The notes below the pieces were generated by a model that made no database searches, had not been told where the DNA came from, and saw nothing but the letters and a program-made list of their open reading frames with translations. Below, in pieces: positions 1-12,189 of a stretch of 64,000 bases of DNA. The DNA lies in assembly GCF_006345805.1 (NCBI RefSeq), contig NW_021832223.1, positions 1 through 64,000 on the forward strand, read 5' to 3'. This DNA is from Octopus sinensis. Taxonomy: Eukaryota. Within the stretch, counting starts at the first letter, position 1, and every line of letters begins with the position of its first letter. Made by a program: the position numbers and the translations under genes.

Positions 1-145
1 AAAGATTCTGGCCTCGTACGGTGTGCAAAAGTAACCTAACACAATAACATTCAAAATTTTATCTGTTTGCATTGTTTTCATTTGATTTTAAGTTTTGCAT
101 TTTTTAATGTTTTTTGGTATATATAATTTTTTGTGCATTTTTTAA

Positions 146-885
146 GTCGAGGACTTTCTTGTTGTTCATTTTAACAAAAACGCAGAAAAAATTTTGTTTA
201 ATTTTTTGGCTCGAAGGTTTTGGGGGACCACACCATGTGAGTCGAAGACTTTCTTATTGTTCATTTTAACAAAAACGCAGAAAATAATTTGTTTTAATTT
301 TTTGACTTGAAGGTTTTGGGGGACCTCATCATCGAGGATATCTTTCTTATTAAAATTTTTTGACAGGAAGGTTCTTAGAGGAGGATATCAACCTTTTATT
401 GTGCCTCATTATCGAATAACTACAAAAGGGAAGGTTTGACATTTGACAATTTGATCTGGTTTGTAACAATTTGAATGTGGGTGTGCACAGAAGACAGACA
501 GACAGACACACAGACAGACACACACCATACCATTTTATTATTAAGAGCTCGAAGGTTTTGGGGGACCACACCATGTGAGTCGAGGATTTCTTATTGTTCA
601 TTTTAACAAAAACGCAGAAAATAATTTGTTTTTAATTTTTTGACTTGAAGGTTTTGGGGGACCTCATCGTCGAGGATATTCTTTCTTATTAAAATTTTTT
701 GACAGGAAGGTTCTTAGAGGAATATCAACCTTTTATTGTGCCTCATTATCGAATAACTACAAAAGGGAAGGTTTTGACAATTTGATCTGGTTTGTAACAA
801 TTTGAATGTGGGTGTGCACAGACAGACAGACAGACACACAGACAGACAGACAGACACACACCATACCATTTTATTATTTTAAGAT
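146..885. repeat. Tandem ~340-bp units (~95-bp subrepeats plus (ACAG)n), each ending in a Helitron 5' terminus
   Basis: GTCGA recurs at 241 and 579. Each unit ends CCATTTTATTAT(T)TAAGA. Near-identical arrays lie at 2456-3179, 58795-59523 and 61094-61816. Confidence 0.9.
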
Positions 886-889
886 TTCT

Positions 890-1520
890 ATTGTGTTTTT
901 TTCTTTTTATAGTGTTTTATTTTTCTCTTTGGATTTTTCGATTTTATATCATTTTTTTAATTTTTTTTTAATTTTTCTTTAATTTTTTCTATTTTTCTTT
1001 ATTATTTTTTATTTTTGTTTAATTTTTTTAATTTTTCTTTAATTTTGTTTATTTTTCTTTATTATTTTTATTTTTGTTTAATTTTGTTTAATTTTTCTTT
1101 ATCATTTTGTATTTTTTTAAATTTTTAAATTTTTCTTTATATTTTCTTATTATTCTTTATTTTTCTTTAAATTTTCTTTAATTTTTTTTGTATTTCTTTA
1201 ATTTTTTTTCTTTATTTTTTATTTTTTTTCTTTATTTTTTTATTTTTTTAATTTTCATCATTTTTTTGATTTGTATTTCTTTATTTTTCTTTAAATTTTC
1301 TTTAATTTTTTTTGTATTTCTTTAATTTTTTTTCTTTATTTTTTTATTTTTTTTCTTATTTTTTTTTTTATTTTTTAATTTTCATCATTTTTTTAATTTG
1401 TATTTTTTATTTTTCTTTAAATTTTCTTTAATTTTTTGTATTTCTTTAATTTTTTTTCATAATTTTTTTTATTTTTTTAATTTTCATCATTTTTTTGATT
1501 TGTATTTTCTTCTATTTTTG
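890..1520. repeat. T-rich low-complexity degenerate tandem repeat
   Basis: Recurrent TTTTTCTTTAATTTT-type motifs; copy at ~59530-60160. Confidence 0.9.
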
Positions 1521-2455
1521 TAGGGGGGATGGGGGGGAGTATTTTTGATTTTTGAGCTTAAAAAACAAAATAAATTAGAATCAACAGTCACATAACACAC
1601 CACGAGTAGTTATTTAACAGATTTAAGAACGATAAGATAGATAATTAAAACAGGCATACCCAAATAAATTTAAAGTTAACGCAAAAACAGAAATAAATAG
1701 TTAATATTTCTACGCGTTTTCGCATAAATGTCTTGTCAATAGATAATCAATTATGTAAATCTTTATTAAAATTTGCTTTTTACTTTTAATTTAAAGATTA
1801 GCATACTTGAGGTTGTCAGTTTCGGCGATTAAAAAGATAATAAGCCACTTTTTTGAGATATTATAAGGAAAGATTTGAATAAAGGTAAATGTAATTTAGA
1901 TGACTAATTTGAATTTTAATTGGCTCTATCTTTTAAGGCATTTAAACATTAGCATTATAGACCTTGTTAAATTGCATAAATTCATTATTAAATTCTAAAT
2001 TATTTGACTGGAAGGGATTATATATTTAATTGGTATGCAATTCTATTCAGATTGCCTCTTTTGGCTGGAAGGGATTATATATTAAATTTGCTATGCAATT
2101 CTATTCAAATTGCCTCTAACATAAACAGGCCTTAAAGCTTTTTTTAAATTGAACATGTAAATTTTGGCGATCGAAAAACAGTAATTAGCTTCATCTTTTG
2201 TGTATTATAAGGAAGAAGAGTACAGATAGTCAATTCAAGGTAATTTATAAATGGCAATTTGTAATTTAGATGTCTAATATGAACGAATATCATTAAAAAA
2301 ATATTTTAGAAAAAATACGTATTAAATTTTTAAGTACAAAATTGGTTTTCTTTATTGTTGTTCATTTTTTTTATCTGTTTGCATTGTTTTCATTTGATTT
2401 TAAGTTTTGCATTTTTTAATGTTTTTTGGTATATATAATTTTTGTGCATTTTTTA

Positions 2456-3179
2456 GTCGAGGACTTTCTTGTTGTTCATTTTAACAAAAACGCAGAAAAT
2501 AATTTTGTTTAATTTTTTGGCTCGAAGGTTTTGGGGGACCACACCATGTGAGTCGAGGACTTTCTTATTGTTCATTTTAACAAAAACGCAGAAAATAATT
2601 GTTTTTAATTTTTTGACTTGAAGGTTTTGGGGGACCTCATCATCGAGGATATTCTTTCTTATTAAAATTTTTTGACAGGAAGGTTCTTAGAGGATATCAA
2701 CCTTTTATTGTGCCTCATTATCGAATAACTACAAAAGGGAAGGTTTTGACAATTTGATCTGGTTTGTAACAATTTGAATGTGGGTGTGCACAGACAGACA
2801 GACAGACACCACAGACAGACACACATACCATTTTATTATTAAGAGCTCGAAGGTTTTGGGGGACCACACCATGTGAGTCGAGGACTTTCTTATTGTTCAT
2901 TTTAACAAAAACGCAGAAAATAATTTGTTTTTAATTTTTGACTTGAAGGTTTTGGGGGACCTCATCGTCGAGGATATTCTTTCTTATTAAAATTTTTTGA
3001 CAGGAAGGTTCTTAGAGGATATCAACCTTTTATTGTGCCTCATTATCGAATAACTACAAAAGGGAAGGTTTTGACAATTTGATCTGGTTTGTAACAATTT
3101 GAATGTGGGTGTGCACAGACAGACAGACAGACACACAGACAGACAGACAGACACACACCATACCATTTTATTATTAAGA
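2456..3179. repeat. Second array of ~340-bp Helitron-end units
   Basis: 60-885 is duplicated at ~2372-3179. Confidence 0.9.
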
Positions 3180-3602
3180 TGTCACATGGGTGATCAGACC
3201 CCTATGGGCAACCTGGCCTTTACGTGTTTCCATGGCAACTACATAGCAAATATTTACTAAAAGGCCAACACCATTCCAAAAACTAAATGATCTCTTCTGC
3301 TGTTTCTCCAGGTTCTGCAGCAGATGCTGCAGAGCAAAGAAAAATTGCAAATACGCAAACCTTGGACAACGGTACGCTTCGTACCTATCGCTGTGGAGAC
3401 TTCTGGAATAACCGGCCCTCTTACGACTTCTTTCATCAGAGAAGTCGGAGAAAATGTGTGCTAGGCGACGTGGGGAGCCTCGAGAAGTGTCATGGTTATT
3501 CCAACAAATTGGAATAGCTGTCGTTCGCGGCAATGCACACTCCATCATGCGTGCAACCGCAAGTGCCTTTTAATCATTGTCTAACTTATTTCAAATCTTC
3601 AC

Positions 3603-3645
<43 letters not shown>

Positions 3646-4981
3646 CAACTAATATAAAGACAACGATGCGAACTAATGATTGAACTTTAAATTTTTGAGA
3701 AAATGATGTTTTATATTTGAACCATGCTTGCTTTAAAATAGTAAAATTATTTTACACATTAGCAAATTATAATGTGAATTATTTTTATTTTTGATAATAT
3801 AAATTGCAACATTAGCAAATTATAATTTACATCAAATTTTTTGCAAAGTTTGTAACAACTTTAACTCTAACCTTAACCCAAACCCTAACGTTGGCAAATG
3901 ACAACATAAATATATTCAAAATCTGAATCCTAACCTTAACCCAAACCCTAACGTTGGCAAATGACAACATAAATATATTCAAAATCTGAACCCTAACCTT
4001 AACCCTAACGTTGGCAAGTGACAACATAAATATATTCAAAATCTGAACCCTAACCTTAACCCACACCCTAACGTAACCCTAACTCGAAATTAAATGATGT
4101 TTCTGCTGACGATTCTTCAGACATTTTTGACAAAAATTGGAAGCTTTTTTGGCCAACCGGTGTTTGCTTCGAGCATTCATATCCTCCGGGAATATCCCGA
4201 TTAACGTTTCCTTAATATGATTGTATTCGTTAATATTTCTGACGTAACCCTTAAACCCAGACATCACAAAGTGTGAGAGACCACGCTGTTAAAATTAATA
4301 TACTTTTGGGTAAGCCATTTTTAAAAGATAATTCAAATGTAATTTTTAATTAGAATAATTGATTAATCTACACTCTTCCATATATAAATTGCTATATTCA
4401 ATATTTAATACCTTTTCTGCGGTTTCCATAGAAACACGTAAAAGGACTGGCTGCCCATAGCGACATAGTCGCCCATGTGACATAATTTTAACAGCGTGGT
4501 CTCTCACACTTTGTGATGTCTGGGTTTAAGGGTTACGTCAGAAATATTAACGAATACAATCAAATTAAGGAAACGTTAATCGGTATATTCCCGGAGGATA
4601 TGAATGCTCGAAGCAAACACCGGTTGGCCAAAAAAGCTTCCAATTTTTGTCAAAAATGTCTGAAGAATCGTCAGCAGAAACATCATTTAATTTCGAGTTA
4701 GGGTTACGTTAGGGTTTGGGTTAAGGTTAGGGTTCAGATTTTGAATGTCCAAGGCCAGGTTGCCCATAGGGGTCTGATCACCCATGTGACAAATTAATAT
4801 ACTTTTGGGTAAGCCATTTTTAAAAGATAATTCAAATGTAATTTTTAATTAGAATAATTGATTAATCTACACTCTTCCATATATAAATTGCTATATTCAA
4901 TATTTAATACCTTTTCTGCGGTTTCCATAGAAACACGTAAAAGGACTGGCTGCCCATAGCGACATAGTCGCCCATGTGACA
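3180..4981. mobile_element. Non-autonomous TGT...ACA TIR element (Ginger2/TDD-like ends) with internal fold-back and TTAGGG-like repeats
   Basis: Starts TGTCACATGGG and ends CCCATGTGACA followed by TAATA. The matching TAATA lies beyond the Helitron (56718-56722). Confidence 0.75.
3270..3642 (+). mobile_element. 5'-truncated CRE-clade retrotransposon 3' end with poly(A) and TSD
   Basis: Frameshifted RLE C-terminus (PGSAADAAEQRK..., VPIAVETSG..., WLFQQIGIAVVRGNAHSI), an A36 tail, and GGCCAAC at 3263-3269 and 3643-3649. Confidence 0.85.
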
Positions 4982-5001
4982 TAATATCCTCTTTTTGCTC
5001 A

Positions 5002-6490
5002 CTACACATCACTATGATCAGTCTCTTCTACATACACTTGCCCACTCCTCGAAACCTCCGAATGTTCATCTGAACTCCACTGGTATGATCCAAATGACGC
5101 CTTCTTCGCGAAACATTTCTCTCCAATCAAACCTTCCTCTTGGACGAGTTGAGATGGATAGGCTGACTGACGAACAGACATTTTTCAGCCAACAGATCAG
5201 CCTCCTCGCAGACCGGAATGACCACTTCCATTCTCCGACGTAGAAAACTCCATTCACTTTTACTAAGTGACTCTCCTCCCACTTCACTCGTTGTGATCTC
5301 CTTGGCGTAGTCCACTCGGTCAGTTTGGGAGGCACAGTCTCTGGTGTGCGAGGAATTTCCAAAAGCGTCGACAATGTTTTGTACAGATGCAGTCATTGCT
5401 TTAATAGAGTCACTCAGTGCAGAGGGAATTAGCACATTCAAATGTTTCATTCGAGTCAATTTACTAATGAGACTGTTTATTGCCTCACTACCATCATGCA
5501 TCACTATTTCGTAATAAACTAAATTTTTTTTTCAGCTATGAAATTAAATTAATTTCGTAATATATTTATTCAAAAAAATCATGATTTAATTCTAAGTCTT
5601 TTTTGACTATTCCTATTATAGGTGTCAGTTTCATAAATATTTCAAATTTAATGCAGTCTCATAAGTTTGCATAGTTGTCGTAATAATGAATTGTTATTCC
5701 GAGTGTTTGCTTATATAGTCATTGTTATACGCGAAATGGTTATGATATCAAAGTAAACTGATAATTTATGCAATCAAATAACTATCGGAATGATCTTTTT
5801 TAGACTGTCACTGTACAAAGATTCAGCCGGTGACTATAAAAAGATATTAGAAAGTTGGATTGTCTTCTTTAGAAACAAAATTGAGCCAAAGATGGGTGAA
5901 GACTCGATAAGCAGCAATGTAAGATTAATAAAAGTGAACATTATAGTTGCACATGGTTCTCAAAAACTCAAAATAATCTTAACATCTTAACATTGAAAAT
6001 AATGATACCGATACTCCGCGCAAATTATATCTCTTAATCTGATAATAAACATCAAAATAATTTGCGAAATACAAAAGTACAACATATTATGCTCAATTGC
6101 AACTGCTCTAAATACAAGAATTTCACGCAAAATGAATGGGTCATTTATACTCGAGTTCAGATCTAATGCGGATGCCAATAACTTACAAATGGAGCTTGAT
6201 GATCTAAAAACTTTGGCTCTGAGTGTCATCAAATACGGCAAGCAGAGTTAAGTTCATTGGAGATCTTCCTAAGAAATATTCCATATTGGGCAAGTAATGA
6301 AAATCTGGAGAAGTACCTCTTAACGATAATCTCACCGCGGTTTAAAATGGAACGTTTCATTAAGTCTGAAAAACTTACCAGTAGGAAAGCTGACTATCCC
6401 CTCGAGAGGTGAGGCAAATTGATTAATCCGACTAGGACTAAACATTGGCTTCAGAAAATGGATCATCAGAACACTGGGTAACATATTGAT
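5002..6490 (-). CDS. Putative multi-exon gene of unknown function; only the last exon is clear
   Basis: ORF 5127-5504 reads through to the TAG equivalent to 5002-5004 in the second copy (63637-63951). Upstream coding-like blocks have GT-AG-like gaps that I could not resolve. Confidence 0.35.
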
Positions 6491-6559
6491 TTTACTCTAC
6501 TGAAAGAAAGAATAAGAGCCATTGCAAAACACTTTGTCAGACAACTCAAACTGAAAAAG

Positions 6560-7570
6560 AACGTGATTGGTTACGCCAATCAAAAATGCTCGTTCAAAAC
6601 ACCCCAAATTTTGGACAGTAAAATAACTGGAACTCAAACAAAGGCCTAAGTTATTGGCTTGCAACTTCCGGGAGGATGCCTGTCGAGCCAAGAGGAGACT
6701 ATCGAACTCCTCCGCAATCAGCACGCAGCGGTTTTGGAAACAGATTGAAACGTTACACAATTAATGAGTCTGAGACTCGAGAAGCAATAAAGGCAGCCAA
6801 AAATGCGGCTCCAGGATATGATGACAAGATTCAAATGGCCTGTTTCAAGCATGCATCAAATTGCTTTGTGTCTCTGCTCACAAACTTTTTCAATTCCAGT
6901 CTCTAGGGAAGATATGTTCGAAAATCATGGAAAAAATGAAGTTCAAATGGTTCGAAAACCTAAAAAAAGCTAAAGAAGCCTCGAGCAATAAACCTATAAC
7001 CCTAATTATCTCTACATTAAAGATAGTGAAGAAAATCGTTTATAGAAGGCTAGTACTGGATATAGAAAAGAATTACTGGCTCTCTCACAATCAGTGGGAT
7101 TTTCGTCCGGGCCGGTCCTGTGCTCACTGAATCTATCGACTCAATTTGATAGTATCTAAGGCATGAGAATCTGGCTTATAGACCAGTATTGTCTGTTTGG
7201 ATTTGTCGATGACTTTCGAAGGGGTCTGTCTTGCTAGAAAATCTTGAAAATTGTAACATTGATGCAGGAACCCTTTGATGGCTAGCAAGTTTTTTTGAAT
7301 GAGAGGATCTCTTTTGTTAAGTATCTTGACCCATTCTCCAAAAAAGGAAAGTACTTCAGTCTTCAGCCTAATAATGTTTAACGTGTATATGGCAGACTTT
7401 CCAAAACCTGTGTGCATCTCAACGAATTTGCTCATTTATGCCGATTACGCTATTATCACGAATGAGGCAGCCCTGCATACGACGTCGGATATGAAAACTA
7501 TAAATCTACTTAGAGCAAATAAAACGAACGGACATTATATGAAATTATTCACAAATAATAGTTCTTAAAA
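6560..7570 (+). mobile_element. Degraded Jockey/I-like reverse transcriptase relic
   Basis: Broken RT motifs QWDFRPGRS, MFNVYMADFPKP, LLIYADY. Confidence 0.75.
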
Positions 7571-7614
7571 TTTTGGAATATTGCGATATAATATTGCGAT
7601 TACTCAATCAATCG

Positions 7615-7680
7615 GGCGTCATGTGGTTCACCGTTTCTGGTGGCGTCAGATACAATCTTAAATTGTATCCAAAAGAACCA
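7615..7680 (+). ncRNA. HDV-like double pseudoknot (variant L3)
   Basis: P1 GGCGUC/GGCGUC (two G-U pairs), P2 UGGUUC/GAACCA, P3 ACC/GGU, P4 GAUACAA/UUGUAUC, J4/2 CAAAA. Confidence 0.65.
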
Positions 7681-8395
7681 TTAGTCAAAATCCATCCAGC
7701 GGACCTCCCCCTGGACAGCACTCCCTCTAAGTTAGCGCACTTTCCTGGTGGCGGCTCATCATTTCCGGAGATGTTGAGCAAAATCCTGGACCTAGAAAGA
7801 ACCTCAATATACTGAGCTTGAATATCAACGGAGTTAGAGGCAAGGCCAAAGAACTAAAACTTTATCTGGAGAGGAAAGATATTGACGTCTGCCTCTTGCA
7901 AGAAACGAAGCTTTCGAAAACTGGCAAAACTCCCAATTTCTCTGGCTTCAATGTGCTAAGAGTAGATCGCCCATCGAGGCACGGCGGAGGCTTATTGACC
8001 CTTGTCAGAAAGGAAATCATCTTCTACAAAAACCACTCCACATTCAGGAAACTGGATAAAGACTGTAATACAGAATTTCTCGCCATCTCCATTCTAACTT
8101 CTCTTGGACAAATTATTATTGGAAACATCTATATTCCACCTCCCGGCTCCTGTGCCAAAGAATTTACAGTGGATCTGTCTGAACTTGACAAGGTGGAAAA
8201 CTTGCTGGTCTCTGGCGATTTTAATGCCAATTTAACAAAGTTATTCTAAAGGGGAGAGATCTATTTGTAAAGAAAGGAGTCCTGAAACTCACGAAAAGAA
8301 AATACGACGCTAAAACAGTCAAACTAATAAAAGAAAGAAATCGCCTCAAACACAGTACACATCTGACGAAACTTACAACGAGAAGGATTCGGGTA

Positions 8396-10024
8396 TTGAA
8401 CATGGAGATCGCAGAAAGTGCGAGACGAGTGCAAAAAAGACAATTGGACACGATTTCCCGAGGGATGAACAAAAAGTGCTCACTCTCGAAAATGTGGAAG
8501 ATGCTGCGTAACATTAAAAACGCCGACAGTACAAACGAGGATGACAACAATCACCAACTAGACCTAAACACTTTTATGAAACATTGCGTGAAGATAAGTC
8601 ACAAGGCTTATAAAAAATCGGAATCCTCTTCAATTATTAAGGGCAAACCGAAAAGGGAGCCTCCATCATCGTACTTCCTACCTCGAGATGTCGCTTTAGA
8701 AATTTCCCGACTAAAGAATACACGCTCCTGCGGACCAGACGGAATCCCAGCGATCATGCTCAAAAAATTGGGCGATGCAGCTATCTCTGCACTTACGAGT
8801 ATTTACAACTACTCGTGCAACTTCAATTTCATTCCAACATTATGGAAACTGTCGTGCATTCACCCAATCCTGAAGCCTGGAAAACCGAAGGAGCAACCTG
8901 GATCATACAGGCCACTGTCCCTTTTATGCGTCCAGGCACGAATTCTAGAGAGAATGGTGATGACTTTGATTCGCCCCCTCCTCCCAGAAGTCAGTTTCCA
9001 ACATGGATTCAAAGAGGGGCGATCAACTGTCACACACCTAAATGCTTTAATGAAGTTTATATCAGACGGTCTAAACAAGAAACCTAAACAGGAAAAATCC
9101 ATTGTCTGCTCGATCGACATAAAGAAGGCTTTCGATTCGGTGCCAAGGAAAATACTCACACAAAAGATCTATTCCTCAAATATTGATACGAATCTAAAAC
9201 TATGGCTTGGGAATTTCCTGAGCGGCCGTCGGGGAAGGGCTTGCTGTGGAAACAGATCTTCCATATCGAGACTATTACCAAATGGGGTCCCTCAGGGTTC
9301 TCCACTATCTCTACTTTTATTCAATCTCATGATGAACGACATACCACAGCCAGAAGGGGACAACGATCTGTTATTACTATATGCAGATGATATTATCGTC
9401 GCATCAAGGGATGTGAGCATAATAAAAGCAACGGATAGAATACAGGATAACCTCAACAATCTGAGTTCATGGCTATATAAAAACGAACTGGAGGCAAGTC
9501 CGGAAAAATCTATTTTGACTCTGTTTACGAAAAACAGAAGGCTTGGGAAAGTCTCAATTGAAGCGAAGTTAGACGGGGAAATTATACCGCAGAGCAAAAC
9601 CCAGAAGATTCTTGGTGTTACATTCGACACCTTTCTAACCTTTTCAACCCACGTCGAAAATGTAGTTATGGCGGGTGCAAGAAAGATTAACTTCCTGAAT
9701 GCCTTCCTGAAGAACGCAGGAGAATGCAAAGGCCTATATGGCCTAAACAACATATATAATCAATACATGGAACCTACGATCGGCTATGCGTGCGGAATCT
9801 GGGGAACAAACTTAAGCGCAAACAATCAATCAAAAATCGACAAAATTCGGTTGAAAGCGGCAAACCTGCTAAATATTTTCTCTGATAAAGAGATTATCCC
9901 AAAAGCCTGGAACAACAAAGAGGTTCGTCCTGAAAATCCCCGTCCGTACCGAAAATGCGTCGGGACAACGGCGGAACATCGGGAGAGGCTGCGCGAACTG
10001 CTGAGGGAGGCTGGGATCACCTGA
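8396..10024 (+). CDS. Non-LTR reverse transcriptase (542-aa open frame), no RNase H apparent
   Basis: GPDGIP, SYRPLSLL, QHGFKEGRST, IDIKKAFDSV, GVPQGSPLS, YADD, ILGVTFD. Confidence 0.92.
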   Translation: MNMEIAESARRVQKRQLDTISRGMNKKCSLSKMWKMLRNIKNADSTNEDDNNHQLDLNTFMKHCVKISHKAYKKSESSSIIKGKPKREPPSSYFLPRDVALEISRLKNTRSCGPDGIPAIMLKKLGDAAISALTSIYNYSCNFNFIPTLWKLSCIHPILKPGKPKEQPGSYRPLSLLCVQARILERMVMTLIRPLLPEVSFQHGFKEGRSTVTHLNALMKFISDGLNKKPKQEKSIVCSIDIKKAFDSVPRKILTQKIYSSNIDTNLKLWLGNFLSGRRGRACCGNRSSISRLLPNGVPQGSPLSLLLFNLMMNDIPQPEGDNDLLLLYADDIIVASRDVSIIKATDRIQDNLNNLSSWLYKNELEASPEKSILTLFTKNRRLGKVSIEAKLDGEIIPQSKTQKILGVTFDTFLTFSTHVENVVMAGARKINFLNAFLKNAGECKGLYGLNNIYNQYMEPTIGYACGIWGTNLSANNQSKIDKIRLKAANLLNIFSDKEIIPKAWNNKEVRPENPRPYRKCVGTTAEHRERLRELLREAGIT

Positions 10025-10259
10025 ATTCTTCTTTCTTTTGGCTATGACGGTGGTTTTTTGGTTCAATAAATAAATAAAAATAAATCGGGTATATTATAAA
10101 ATAGAAGGACTACATTTTTATGATAACAAAGCAAGCCATAAAAATTATATGAATAAAAAAATGAAAGAAAATTTAGGTTATTCCGACGACTCAAGAAAAG
10201 TCCTCAGCTTAGAATTTGTTAATGATGGACTAAATATATCATTAATTAAGTTCTTGATA

Positions 10260-11446
10260 CAGTGCAACCCCTTATTGGGGCGACCCCAGACGTGGGGCAC
10301 CCTCGGGTTTTGGGGCACTCTCGGGTTTTGGGGCAATTTGAATTTCTATTAGGAGTTTTTCTGTTTATTCTTTATAAGATAAACCCCTTTATGGGGCATT
10401 TAATATTATATATATTTTTTAGTTATAATTTTTGAATTTTAGGCTTTAGAGAACCCAATAATAGTGATAAACATTCATTTCTCGACAAGAGAACCCGACA
10501 ATCGGAAAATACAAGTCTCCTCGTTGTTTGAAAAATTTTAATATTGAACAGCATAATGTATTATATATGTCTTCAAAAAATGCGTGGATGACAAGTTATA
10601 TTTTTAATGCATGGTTATATGTGATAAATGAACAAATGAAAAAGAATAACAGACATATTTTATTAATTTTGGATAATGCAGGATGCCATAAAGCAGATGA
10701 TTATTCCAATATAAATTTTTTATATTTGCCTAAAAATACTACTCCGCTGCTTCAACCGCTTGACATGGGAATAATTCGCTCATTCAAAACATGTTACTCA
10801 CATGAACTGGTTAAATTCATATGTTTTTTTGAAGGCAAAGAATTAATATTAAATGGTATTCACTGTAGATAAATAAATCTTTTAAGGCCTATCAAATATA
10901 AATATGAGAAATGTTTTGCTAGCAATTGAAGATGCTTGGATGAATGTTACTAAAGAAACGATTACAAATTGTTGGAATAAAATTAATGAGCAACGTACAC
11001 ATGATGTGAAAAAATCTGATCAAATAAATGGAGAAAAAATCGAAGAAACTGTCAAGGAAGTTATATCAGTAGAAATCTCTGGTATAGAAAATGACAACGC
11101 ATTATATGACGGAGTTATAAAATGTCAATCTATCAAGGAACTAATTTTTTCAATTAATGCAATGGAAGATGGCATTTTTCAGCATGCTCCAGAGATATTA
11201 AATGAATTTTATAATTTTAAGAAGTTGACAATGGATCGATTAATTCAAAAGTACAAATTCGGAGCGAAAATAACGGATCATTTCCCGACAAGTAAAAACT
11301 AAAATTGTTAAATGAAATTAAGAATAGACATCTTTTGATTTTAAATTAACAAAACGTTAGTTTTTTTCGTTAATATTAAAAAACCCCTCTATCTGGGGAA
11401 ACCCCTGTTTTTGGGGCACTAGGTGCCCCAAAAAGAGGTTAGACTG
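10260..11446 (+). mobile_element. pogo/Tigger-like element, internally deleted
   Basis: TA|CAGTGCAACCCCTTATTGGGGC...GCCCCAAAAAGAGGTTAGACTG|TA; DDE_1 motifs NAWMTS, LILDNAGCH, TTPLLQPLDMGII. Confidence 0.88.
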
Positions 11447-12189
11447 TAATTGTGTCGCTTTATTTTGCGAAAAGAAAGAAAAAAACTTGAAGGATCACAG
11501 TCAGAGCTATAAATCCGGAAAGAAAATGACATTTTTTTGCATAAAGTTTATAAAAATGATCCGACGATTTGTCTTCTATAGTTTGTATTGACAGCGATAG
11601 ATAATTATTCTGGAAGTTTTAGTAAATTTTTTTGTCGAATTTGAGTGGATTTGTTGTAGAAGTTTGCGTTGAATTAAAAATTGTGCTGTTGGCCAAATGT
11701 GTAGTTGTGCTGGTTTACAAGATACCAGCAATTTAGTTTTACCAGTAGCAGATGACGAAACAAAAAGAGTTGTTTTTAAACACTACGATGGTGCTAAATA
11801 TAAAGTACGCCGATTCATTAAAAATAAGCCAGTTCAAAATTATGCTTATTTTAAAAAAATAACAAGTGAATATCAAATTCATAATATATGGAATTCTAAC
11901 TTTCACGTTTTCTTTTTGTGTTACTTTCCATTATACCTAAAGAGACTGCCTCGTCCAAAGATCTAACAACGACATCCAATTGAAGTTGAGAGTCTTCCAG
12001 TCCATTTATTAGATCCCCTTTATTGTCCTCATCGCGTCCTACATTATACTCACATGTTTCATTTTTCATGTTAAGAGATTTGACCGGTATTTGTAATAAT
12101 TAGAGAAAATCTCACAGCAATAAGGTTTTCGCTATAGACAGACCTGCAGTGACTGCTTCTTAACAATTCACTCCATAGCATCAAGAGCA

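Larger units (their letters stand above)
1..3179 (-). mobile_element. 5' portion of the Helitron (copy of ~58649-61816)
   Basis: The minus strand begins A|TCTTAATAATAAAATGG at 3179. Positions 1-57 encode the RepHel segment RLLLHTVRG. Confidence 0.8.
1..5364. repeat. First copy of a ~5.36-kb direct repeat (second copy 58649-64000)
   Basis: Position 1 AAAGATTCTGGC matches 58649 and 5364 matches 64000. The copies are colinear and differ mainly by homopolymer indels plus a few substitutions. Confidence 0.97.
7615..10082 (+). mobile_element. Ingi/Vingi-like LINE, family A copy 1 (pseudoknot, 2A, truncated APE, RT, (TAAA)n tail)
   Basis: 2A LIISGDVEQNPGP (7755-7793) is in frame with APE ORF 7818-8249. 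RT ORF 8396-10024. AATCGGG at 7610-7616 and 10083-10089 is a candidate TSD overlapping the 5' end. Confidence 0.88.

Noticed and set aside
146-885. CRISPR-like periodic repeats
   Set aside because: Units repeat in full with no unique spacers or cas genes; the context is eukaryotic.
1521-1540. G-quadruplex at GGGGGGATGGGGGGG
   Set aside because: Only two G-runs and no functional context.
350-2900. Short ORFs MNNKK... recurring in the arrays
   Set aside because: Translations of the satellite and (CTGT)n; no coding signature.
3860-4085. True or interstitial telomere
   Set aside because: CCCTAA motifs are interrupted and embedded in ~62-bp units inside a TIR element.
4079-4701. Paired 62-aa ORFs on opposite strands
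   Set aside because: By-product of the 264-bp inverted repeat; no recognisable motif.
5127-5504. hAT transposase assignment (LSKSEWSFL...)
   Set aside because: Only a short resemblance; domain order and TIRs do not fit.
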